Source: Planctomycetota bacterium
GTDB taxonomy: Bacteria; Planctomycetota; UBA1135; UBA2386
Assembly: GCA_965223545.1 (NCBI GenBank)
Contig: OZ245006.1
Location: forward strand, 5,280,001 to 5,344,000
Length of the DNA stretch: 64,000 bases
Direction: 5' to 3'
Shown here: piece by piece, positions 51,621-59,225 of the stretch
Numbering within the stretch: the first letter of the stretch is position 1
Layout: each line of letters begins with the position of its first letter
Notes under the pieces: generated by a model
Databases searched by the model: none
What the model was told of the DNA's origin: nothing
Seen by the model: only the letters and a program-made list of their open reading frames with translations
Made by a program: the position numbers and the translations under genes

Positions 51621-53030
51621 TCAACTCGCCGGAGACTCCTCGTCCCCGTCACCACAGAGCTGCGCGACGATCTCGCGGGCGGTCTGGACGGCGTCGCCGT
51701 CCTCGTAATCGATCCTGATCGGGAACGCGGTGACCGCGGGCTCCGACAGGTTGCTGGCCGTGACCCTGCACGTGATCGTGCCACCGGTCACGTCCCGCTC
51801 GGCGAACACCAAGAAACGGAACAGCGTGGGCTCGACTCGGTGCCGAAGCACCTCGCATTCCAGCACGTGTCGGGCGTCGCGATCATTAGGCACGGGCTTG
51901 TAGTAGAAGTTGTGCGGGTCCCTTCTTTCTTGCTGAAACGAATTGAGGGCGGCCAACGCGCGTGGAGAGGGGTGGGGGTCAAAGAGCGATCTCAATTGAT
52001 CGTAGGTCGATCTGACCGCAGGCGGCACGGGAGGACTTGGCAGAGAGCTTGACGCCATGCGTCGCTGAGCCTTGTCGAGGGGATAGAGAAACACCAAGCC
52101 GTCGGACAGCCAGAACTCCAGTTGCGATTCTCTCGCGGGCGCGCCACCGGTGTTCTCGATCTCGATCGTGATTTCCGCGCATCGAGTCTTCGCGCTCAGT
52201 TGCTTCGGGAGGCTCGTTAAGCGCCGCTCGATCGACTGGACCCACTCGGGGTACTTGCTGCCCTGGTACTCTTCGATCTCACTCGACGACGGCGGCTGGA
52301 ACTTGCCAAGTTCCCAGAGCGCACCGACGGAGCGGGCATCGTGGAAGTCGAGCTTGACCGGGAACCGCCTCTTCACGTGTTCGACCAGCTCTGCGATCAG
52401 CGCGTCGGGGAGCGTGGCGTGTCTCACGACGTGAATCGTGGCACGCTCCGTTCTCAGCGCGATCTGGATCGCCGGCGAGGCGCCTTCAAGCAGCCGCACG
52501 CGGCGCTCCAATCGCGCGACCTGTTTCTGGTGCGAGTCGGGTTCCGGCTCCGCGAGCCAGCCGTCGGGGATGCGCAGCCACTTCAAACCCTGAGCGTTGG
52601 CTGTGTGCAACGCCACGGTGTCGTGGCTGAAGAACGTCAGTTCGTCATCTCGCCCGTGCGCGATCGCCTCAGCGACGATCCGGTCATCGGGGTGCGCTAG
52701 GTCTAGGTCCGGCGCCGGAACGGGGCGCGCGCCGGACAGTACCACATCGACTCTCGGTCCCGACTCGCGTAGAACGACGGGCTGGCCCGCGGCTTCGAGT
52801 AGTTGTCTGAACAGCCCGGAACTCAGATTCCGCGCCCGCCTGTTTCGTCGCCCCTTACCGTCGGACTTGAAGCGGTCCACCTCCCTGACGACGCTCCGCC
52901 CGAGCACGATTTGCACATGCCCTCCATGGCTGGGCAACTCGCGCCATGGCAGTTCTGGGAGGCTTCTGCACTCCATCAGGAAGTTGGTGTCGGGGAACAG
53001 GGCTAGCATCCGCGAAGGCTGTTCCGCCAC
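51621..53030 (-). CDS. PIN-domain protein with long C-terminal extension
   Basis: 'FPDTNFL', 'VVREVDRFK', 'PDDRIV', 'SHDT' provide the acidic PIN residues. Confidence 0.8.
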   Translation of the reverse strand: MAEQPSRMLALFPDTNFLMECRSLPELPWRELPSHGGHVQIVLGRSVVREVDRFKSDGKGRRNRRARNLSSGLFRQLLEAAGQPVVLRESGPRVDVVLSGARPVPAPDLDLAHPDDRIVAEAIAHGRDDELTFFSHDTVALHTANAQGLKWLRIPDGWLAEPEPDSHQKQVARLERRVRLLEGASPAIQIALRTERATIHVVRHATLPDALIAELVEHVKRRFPVKLDFHDARSVGALWELGKFQPPSSSEIEEYQGSKYPEWVQSIERRLTSLPKQLSAKTRCAEITIEIENTGGAPARESQLEFWLSDGLVFLYPLDKAQRRMASSSLPSPPVPPAVRSTYDQLRSLFDPHPSPRALAALNSFQQERRDPHNFYYKPVPNDRDARHVLECEVLRHRVEPTLFRFLVFAERDVTGGTITCRVTASNLSEPAVTAFPIRIDYEDGDAVQTAREIVAQLCGDGDEESPAS

Positions 53031-53117
53031 CTAGCGCTGGACCATCGTTCGGTATAAATGAGTTCTCCATATGGGTTTATGGAGAATCCTCGCTCTGCTG
53101 GGCTCAAGGGGGTGCCC

Positions 53118-53146
53118 TTGACATGTCGACAGGTTTGTTGTATATT
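53118..53146 (+). promoter_or_regulatory. Sigma-70 promoter of the XRE-ImmA operon
   Basis: TTGACA-N17-TATATT, overlapped or flanked by TGTCGACA and TGTCAACA; AAGGAG RBS downstream. Confidence 0.8.
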
Positions 53147-53184
53147 CTTGTCAACACGCAAATGCAACTACCAAGGAGCCCACG

Positions 53185-53550
53185 ATGACCCGATTCGGAT
53201 CGCTTCTCCGGGACCACCGGCGGCGGGTCGGGCTGACGCTCAGGGCGTTCGCCGCCGATACCAACCTCGACCCGGCCTACGTCTCTCGCATCGAGCGCGG
53301 CGTGATCTCGCCGCCGAAGGACGACCTGAAGGTCGCGCTGCTAGCCGAGGCTGTCGGCTTGAACGAGGGTAGCGCCGAGTGGCAGGAGTTCAAGGATGCT
53401 GCGGCGCTGGACGCGGGTCGCTTGCCATCGGATCTCGCCTCGGACGAGGCGCTGCTGAACAAACTGCCCATCCTATTCCGCACGGCGCGCGGCGAGCGGC
53501 CAACCCGCCAGGAGCTGACCGACTTGTACGAGTTCCTGAAGGACAAGTGA
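53185..53550 (+). CDS. XRE-family HTH regulator
   Basis: 'FGSLLRDHR..GLTLRAFA...DPAYVSRIERG..SPP'. Confidence 0.88.
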   Translation: MTRFGSLLRDHRRRVGLTLRAFAADTNLDPAYVSRIERGVISPPKDDLKVALLAEAVGLNEGSAEWQEFKDAAALDAGRLPSDLASDEALLNKLPILFRTARGERPTRQELTDLYEFLKDK

Positions 53551-54179
53551 GCTACCAGCGCCGCGACTACGACGAGCTGCGCCGAATCGTCGATCAGTTC
53601 CTGGAAAAGCACCACCCGAGCGGGCGCCTCCCGATCCCCATCGAGGAGATCGTCGAGTTCCAGCTAGAACTCGATATTGTGCCCATTCCCGGGCTGCGCG
53701 ACCGGTGTCAGTCGGAGGCGAACGGTTTTCTCGCTCGTGGGCGTGACGCGATCTTCGTGGACCAGTTTGTCGCCCAGCAGCGCGAGAACCGCTACCGGTT
53801 CACGCTGGCGTATGAAGTGGGGCGCTACCTGCTCCAGGAGTCGATCGTTGGCACGTGCAAGATCCATAGCCTGGAGTCGTACTTGGAGTGGCACGAGAAC
53901 TTGCCCGACTCCGTGTGGAAGAATGCGAAGTTCGAGTGCTACGACTTCGCAGGGCTCCTGCTCGTCCCGACGCCGCACCTCAACCGGGAAGCGCGGCACG
54001 CGCGCGACCGGGCTTTTGAGCGTCTGCGAGTCGCTGGCCGCGAACCCGAGGAGCACCTGGCGACGATCTGGTCGAGCGTCACCGCCTATCTTGCCGACAG
54101 CGTTTTCCAGGTGTCGAGCGAAGCGATGAAGCGAAGGCTTCGACGTGAGAACCTGATCCCTGCGGACCTGGAGCTGTAA
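53547..54179 (+). CDS. ImmA/IrrE-family metallopeptidase homolog with degenerate HExxH
   Basis: 'LPIPIEEIVE', 'IFVD', 'NRYRFTLAYEVGRY', 'E..DFAGLLLVP', 'FQVS.EAM..RL'. GTGA overlap with the XRE gene. Confidence 0.8.
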   Translation: MSYQRRDYDELRRIVDQFLEKHHPSGRLPIPIEEIVEFQLELDIVPIPGLRDRCQSEANGFLARGRDAIFVDQFVAQQRENRYRFTLAYEVGRYLLQESIVGTCKIHSLESYLEWHENLPDSVWKNAKFECYDFAGLLLVPTPHLNREARHARDRAFERLRVAGREPEEHLATIWSSVTAYLADSVFQVSSEAMKRRLRRENLIPADLEL

Positions 54180-54448
54180 TCACGTCCGCGCTGAATGGCA
54201 GCCGGCTGTGTCGTGGTTTGTGGAGACTCGCGCCTGACAAAGCTCGTCACGTCCTCCGCTACCTGGCCGGCGACTGCTGGACGAGGTAGTCCGGCCCGAC
54301 CTGTGCGCTCGGCGGGGCGATGATCAGGCCCGCGAGAACCACAACGGCACGACACTCGGCTTGCCAGCGAGCCTGATTCGCCTGCGACGAGCGAGAGGGT
54401 AGCAATCCTCATTCGAGGCGTCGGCGGCCGACTGTCGATAGTGGTGGC

Positions 54449-55117
54449 ATGGGGAACACGACCGATCCGGCTGTTGGCGACGAGTTGTGCCTCATGAGCG
54501 GCCACTTCGTCGCCGCGGCTCGCCAACATCTCGACAGTGTGAAGAAGTGTGAGGGGGCGAAGCAAGCGCTGGACCAGGAGCGATTTGCGCTCAGCGGCAT
54601 CATCTGCGCGGCGAGTGCGTTAGATGCAGTGATGACCGAGGCCAAGGCGCTGCGCCGACTGGACGCCCCCCACGGCATCGCGCCGGCGATCGTTGCTCTG
54701 AACGATCAACCGGCTAAGCCGGTTCTCGGGCTGCTCAAGTTTGTGCCCGAGGCTGATCAGCCGAACCCGGGCGACAGGCAATTCCGCGAGGTGTGCGCCG
54801 CGTACTTCCTCCGAAACAAGTTCGTCCACTGGGACGCCGTCTGGGCGCGGCCGTGGCCGCAACGCCTACACGACCTGGGCGTCGACTGGAAGGCCCGCGA
54901 CCCTCTCTATCGAGCAGCAACAGGCAAACCGGCTCCCTCGCGCCCCGTCTTCCCCGACGACGTGCTGTGCAGCGAGGGCGTCGCGTGGGCCATCGACGCC
55001 TGCACCGCATTCCTGCGCTGGTGGTCCTCGATGGCACGCACAAAGCCGTGGTGGGAAGGCGGGATAGTGCCCGCCAAGGTGATGATTGCCCGGGTGTCAC
55101 GCCGCCCGTCTCTGTAG
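54449..55117 (+). CDS. Putative HEPN-like protein
   Basis: Helical protein with 'LRNKFVH' (Rx4H) and an upstream 'SGIICAASALD' helix. Confidence 0.55.
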   Translation: MGNTTDPAVGDELCLMSGHFVAAARQHLDSVKKCEGAKQALDQERFALSGIICAASALDAVMTEAKALRRLDAPHGIAPAIVALNDQPAKPVLGLLKFVPEADQPNPGDRQFREVCAAYFLRNKFVHWDAVWARPWPQRLHDLGVDWKARDPLYRAATGKPAPSRPVFPDDVLCSEGVAWAIDACTAFLRWWSSMARTKPWWEGGIVPAKVMIARVSRRPSL

Positions 55118-55602
55118 CAGGTCCGCGGTGGACAGCGAACTAGTTGGCGACCTTCTGATGCAGCCTGTTGTTTGCCTTCGGAGGTCACCCCACGTCGCGC
55201 TTACGCTTCACGCCCGCCTTCTCCAGGAGCAGGTCCGCGATCTTCTCCACGCAATCGCGCAGGTGGTCCAGCGAAGGGTGAACGTAGGTGCGCGTGCTGT
55301 TGCCGCGCGCCTTGGGCTTGGTGTGGTTCATCAGGATCGCCAGGTCGATCTCGCGCAGGAACGCCTCGTGCCCTGCGGTGGCGAACGTGTGCCGCAGCCG
55401 GTGGGGGCTCGGCAGGGATGGCAGCTTCTTGCCGGCTGCGTCGTAGCGTTGTGCGCGGGCGTCTTGCACGCAAGTGACTTGCCCCGTGCGGTTGCGCGTG
55501 GGGAACACGAAACCGCCATCGCCGTCGGTGAACAGCACTTGGTTTGTAAGCGTCCGGTGACGCCATGGCGGCCAGCGGTTGAAGAGCGACCGCCGACGCG
55601 TC

Positions 55603-57156
55603 TCAGCAGGACTGGCCGGCAGCGCGTGCCTTCGCCCAGCCCCAGGGCGTGAGTTCGGCGATGCGCGACGACGGCGTGGTGGCGACAGCGACCAAGACGT
55701 CCTCGAGGTAGCGCTCGACGTTGACCTTCGCCAGCTTGCAGCTGAGCACGATCGAGTAGAGGCGAGCTGCCACGTTGCCACCCTTCTCGCTGGCGAGCGT
55801 CATCCAGTTCTTCCGGCCCGTCACGACGTGGCGCAGGTCACGTTCGGTGTCGTTGTTGTGGATCGGCAGCCGGCCGTCGTCGAGGTGCGCGAGCAACGGG
55901 TCCCGCTGCCGGATGGCGTAGCTCACCGCCTTGCGAAGCAGTTCGTTGCCCGCGGTCGCCGGATCCTCCTGGAGGCCGAACACGATCTCGTAGAGGCTGT
56001 GGAGCACCGCTTTGGATCTGCGGCTACGAACGGTCTCACGCAGTTCGATGAGGGCTTCACGGGTCAGGTTCCGATCCTTCGCTCGGGACAGTACGGCGCG
56101 CTCGATCCAGAAAAGCCTCTGGATCGGTCGCAGCGCCAAACCAGCCCGTGATGCACCAGCAGTGAGCGCATCCCGAAACTTCCGACGGGCGTGCGCCCAG
56201 CAGCCAGCCCGCGTGATCGCGTTCTGCTGCGCTTTCGGGTTCACACCGTCGTAGCCATCGGTCAACAATGTCCCGGACCACGCGCCGAGAAAAGCGTTGG
56301 GCCCCTTCGCGGATCGATTGTCCCTGAAGTCGGCCACGACCATCTCGTTGGGGCTGCCGCGAGCGTTCCGCCAGGCCCAGAGCACACCGCGCCGGGTGCC
56401 CTTCTGGCCTTCCAGTCGCACCCTGATCGGGGTCTCGTCGGCTTGAAGAACATCTTCTTGAAGCAGCTGGCGCCGCATCTCGGCCAGGATCGGACGCGCC
56501 GCGATCTCGTCGAAGCGCGCCAGCATGTCCCACATGGTCTGCTTCGGGACGTGCGCCCCGAAGCGGCGGAAGATCCCCTGCAGGCGGTTCAGCGGCAGGT
56601 GGTCGCCGTACTTCGCTGTGACAAGATGCGCGTAGACGGAGGGCTCGTACTTCGCCTTCTCGACGACGCCGGCAGGCATCGACGCCATCTTCATCCTGTG
56701 CCCGTGCGGGCACGCGTACTTGTTGCGCACGTAGCGCTTCACGACCAACCGCGCTGGGATGATGTGGCCACGCTCGGTGACGTCAGTCCCGATGCAGTGC
56801 ATGGCCTCGCCGCACTCGGGGCAGCAGCGCTCCGCTTCCGGCACGTCGACCTCGACGACATGCCGATCCAGGTGCTCGGCGAACTGACCGCGACCGTGAC
56901 CGCGCTTCCGCTTCTTCTTCGGGTCAGGCTTCGCGAGTTCGCTCGACTGCTCCGCTTCCTGCGCCTGCTTCTGCAGCTCTTCGAGCTGCGCGACGCCGGC
57001 CTCGAACAACAGCAGTTGGTTCGGATTGATGTGCTCGCGGCGCCGTCCGAACGTGCGCTGCTTCATCAGTTCGAGCTGCCCGCGAAGGCGCTCGATCTCG
57101 GCGCGCAGCTTGACGATCGTCGAGTTGGCTTCGTCGAGGTCCGTGAGCGGCGTCAC
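55603..57156 (-). CDS. tnpC: IS66 transposase TnpC
   Basis: Leucine zipper, 'CPECG', 'HLPLNR', 'ADET', 'TDGY', 'CWAHARRKF', 'NNDTERDLR..GRKNW'. Confidence 0.95.
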   Translation of the reverse strand: MTPLTDLDEANSTIVKLRAEIERLRGQLELMKQRTFGRRREHINPNQLLLFEAGVAQLEELQKQAQEAEQSSELAKPDPKKKRKRGHGRGQFAEHLDRHVVEVDVPEAERCCPECGEAMHCIGTDVTERGHIIPARLVVKRYVRNKYACPHGHRMKMASMPAGVVEKAKYEPSVYAHLVTAKYGDHLPLNRLQGIFRRFGAHVPKQTMWDMLARFDEIAARPILAEMRRQLLQEDVLQADETPIRVRLEGQKGTRRGVLWAWRNARGSPNEMVVADFRDNRSAKGPNAFLGAWSGTLLTDGYDGVNPKAQQNAITRAGCWAHARRKFRDALTAGASRAGLALRPIQRLFWIERAVLSRAKDRNLTREALIELRETVRSRRSKAVLHSLYEIVFGLQEDPATAGNELLRKAVSYAIRQRDPLLAHLDDGRLPIHNNDTERDLRHVVTGRKNWMTLASEKGGNVAARLYSIVLSCKLAKVNVERYLEDVLVAVATTPSSRIAELTPWGWAKARAAGQSC

Positions 57157-57186
57157 TCCCTCTGATTAACACAAACCGGAGACGGA

Positions 57187-57567
57187 TCAAGTCACGGCCA
57201 GTCGTTGCAGCACCTGATCGCGAACTTCTCTGCGTCGCGCGCCACGGAGGTCGATGCCGTCCAACAAGAGCGCGAGATCGCTACTCGCAATCTCGAATCG
57301 GCTGTTGTTCTCAGCCGAGCGATCGAAGACCTGAAAGCGGCCGCTCGTCAGTCGCTTCGCCAGCACCCAGTAACCGGACGGCTCCCACACCAGTGCCTTC
57401 ATCATGGTCCGGCGCTTGTTGAAGAAGAGGAAGAGGTGACCAGATTGCGGGTCGTGGTCGACCACGTCGATGACCGCACCGGACAGACCACTGAAGCTCT
57501 TCCTCATGTCCACCGGCTTCCGGCAAACGAAGATCTTGACTTGCGGCGAGGGCGGAAAGCTCAGCAT
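57187..57567 (-). CDS. tnpB: IS66 accessory protein TnpB
   Basis: 'PVDMRKSFSGL', 'LFLFFNKRR', 'KRL..GRF', 'LLLDGID'. Confidence 0.93.
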   Translation of the reverse strand: MLSFPPSPQVKIFVCRKPVDMRKSFSGLSGAVIDVVDHDPQSGHLFLFFNKRRTMMKALVWEPSGYWVLAKRLTSGRFQVFDRSAENNSRFEIASSDLALLLDGIDLRGARRREVRDQVLQRLAVT

Positions 57568-57905
57568 GGCAGCAAGACTCCGAGCAGCCGTCGGAGCGTC
57601 GCCTCGTCGAAGTCGCGCTGCACATCGACAACCGCGCCCGACGGCACCCGCAACTCAATGGCCGCTGCTCGTCGCGGCGATGGGGCCGCAGCGACCACCA
57701 GCTCCCCGAAGTCCGACACCGCCGGCGCGGACGTGGGCGCCGCCGCAGCTCGGGCTTGCCGCCTTGCCCAGTAGATGCGGTTTGCGTTGACTCCACGCCG
57801 GCGCGCGAACTCGGCGACCGTCACGCCTGAGTTGTCCAGCTCTTGAAGCAGCTCGCGCATCTCCGCCCGAGCCCACACGGGGATTCTCTTCGTCATCCGC
57901 CGCAT
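57561..57905 (-). CDS. tnpA: IS66 TnpA HTH protein
   Basis: 'SGVTVAEFARRRGV...YW'; first ORF inside the IS. Confidence 0.85.
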   Translation of the reverse strand: MRRMTKRIPVWARAEMRELLQELDNSGVTVAEFARRRGVNANRIYWARRQARAAAAPTSAPAVSDFGELVVAAAPSPRRAAAIELRVPSGAVVDVQRDFDEATLRRLLGVLLPC

Positions 57906-58892
57906 CCTGCCGATCCGCCAGCGGCTTTCGAGATGCCTTCACCGGACGCTTACCTTGGTTTTCCTCTTCGCGGCGGCGAAGTATGTCCAACACGAACTCG
58001 CACACCGGCACCGTGAACGCCTTCCGCGCGCCGCCCTTGGGGTTCGGCCGGAACACCGTGCCGGCGTTCAGGTCCAGGTGCTCCCACCGAACCGACTTGC
58101 CGTCGTTCCGGCGCAGCCCCGTGAACAGGTAGAACAGCTGCAGGTCGCGCAGCACCGGGTTGCGCATCTCGTTGACCGCGGCCCACCACGCGGGCAGGTC
58201 ATCCCAGGCGATCGGGTCGTCCCGCTCGCGTTCCTGGTGGAACACGACGGCCTTCACCGGGTTGCGAGGAGGGACGTGTTCGTGGATCCGCGCGGCGGTG
58301 TTCCAAGCAGCCCGAACGTGGCGCAGCACTCGGTTGGCGATGTAGATGCCGTGCGCCTTGGTCAGGCTCTTGTGGATGCTCCGGCAGGCCGTGCCGTCGA
58401 GGTCGAGCAACGGGCGCCGCATCCGGTCGGACAGGTATTTCTCCGTTTCGTGCTCCATGTGCCCGATCGACACCGGCGACCGCTCCTTCGCGCGCATGTC
58501 TTCCAGGTGCAGATTCACGGCGTCGCCCAGCGTGATGGCTTGCTGCTCCGCGACCCGGGCGGCGTCGCGCGCGCTACGCTTGGCCTCGTTGGGGTTTTCC
58601 CCGGTGTCCATGTCGACTTTCAGCGCCCGGGCGCGCTTGCGGGCCTGATCGACCGTCCAGGGTCCGTAGCGGCCGATGGTGACCTTCACGGACTTGCCGT
58701 GCAGGTCACGCTGGAGGATGAAGGTCGCGTTGATCTGGCCAGGTCGGCGGGGGTGCCGAACGCGGATGCCAAGCCCGGCTTCCAACGTGTCCCAGAACAC
58801 GATTTCGCGCTTTCCGGGCGCGGGTGGATCCAACCTCCTGATGGAGGCGTCAGAGAGTTTGAGGCGGCGGGCGAGGTAGGTCATAGGTAGGC

Positions 58893-58915
58893 GCTGAGGT
58901 AGGGAATCGGTAGGT
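58893..58915. promoter_or_regulatory. Putative integrase arm-type binding site (right)
   Basis: GCTGAGGTAGGGAATCGGTAGGT, with further GGTAGG copies over the integrase start codon. Confidence 0.7.
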
Positions 58916-59023
58916 GATGGCGTCCCGCTTGAACCCGCGGGAACACTCGCCACTCCACCTATCCCTTTGTCCTCGGTCGCCTTAGCACGTCGGGACCCGC
59001 AGCCGCCCGCTCCTGGTCGTCCA

Positions 59024-59069
59024 ACTACGGATCAGGAGGTTGGGGGTTCAAGTCCTCCCCGGTACGCCA
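59024..59069 (+). repeat. attR: duplicated 3' part of tRNA-Arg
   Basis: ACTACGGATCAGGAGGTTGGGGGTTCAAGTCCTCCCCGGTACGCCA, identical to 41195-41240. Confidence 0.97.
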
Positions 59070-59191
59070 ACATCAGCTGGCTAAAGCCAGCAGATGTTGT
59101 CGTTCCGGTGAGGACTTGTTCTCGCCGGCCGGCGCCGCTTCGCGGCTTGTTCGGCGAGTTCAAGTCCTCGCGCGATCGCGGGCTACGGTAT

Positions 59192-59220
59192 GTACGGTGT
59201 CTGACTCGATTTTCTCGCTT
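59192..59220. repeat. REP-like short repeat (copy of 11257-11285)
   Basis: 25/29 identity. Confidence 0.65.
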
Positions 59221-59225
59221 GCGCG

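Larger units (their letters stand above)
55546..57953 (-). mobile_element. IS66-family insertion sequence (2408 bp)
   Basis: Terminal inverted repeats GTAAGCGTCCGGTGA; 8-bp target duplication CTTGGTTT (55538-55545 / 57954-57961); tnpA-tnpB-tnpC present. Confidence 0.96.
55185..58884 (-). pseudogene. int: Tyrosine integrase with arm-binding domain, interrupted by IS66
   Basis: The N-part (58884-57954: 'WD..AGLG', 'TIGRYG', 'TGLRR') and the C-part (55537-55185: 'HRLRHTFAT', 'MNH', 'TRTYVH') rejoin in frame as 427 aa once the IS and one target copy are removed. Confidence 0.92.
41195..59069. mobile_element. tRNA-Arg-integrated satellite/PICI-like integrative element (~17.9 kb)
   Basis: Exact 46-bp direct repeats (41195-41240 and 59024-59069), tyrosine integrase at one end, AlpA plus primase-helicase; no capsid or tail genes recognised. 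Confidence 0.93.

Noticed and set aside
57187..57567. TnpB as an RNA-guided nuclease
   Set aside because: This is the 126-aa IS66 accessory TnpB, unrelated to IS200/IS605 TnpB; no RuvC motifs.
57655..58953. Apparently intact 432-aa integrase ORF
   Set aside because: Its last ~100 aa are read-through into IS66 and it lacks the catalytic HxxR/Y, which lie at 55185-55537.
41241..59023. Complete prophage or conjugative element
   Set aside because: No recognisable large terminase, portal, capsid, tail, lysis, relaxase or T4SS genes.
59024..59069. Second tRNA-Arg gene
   Set aside because: Lacks the 5' acceptor strand and D-arm; it is the att duplication.
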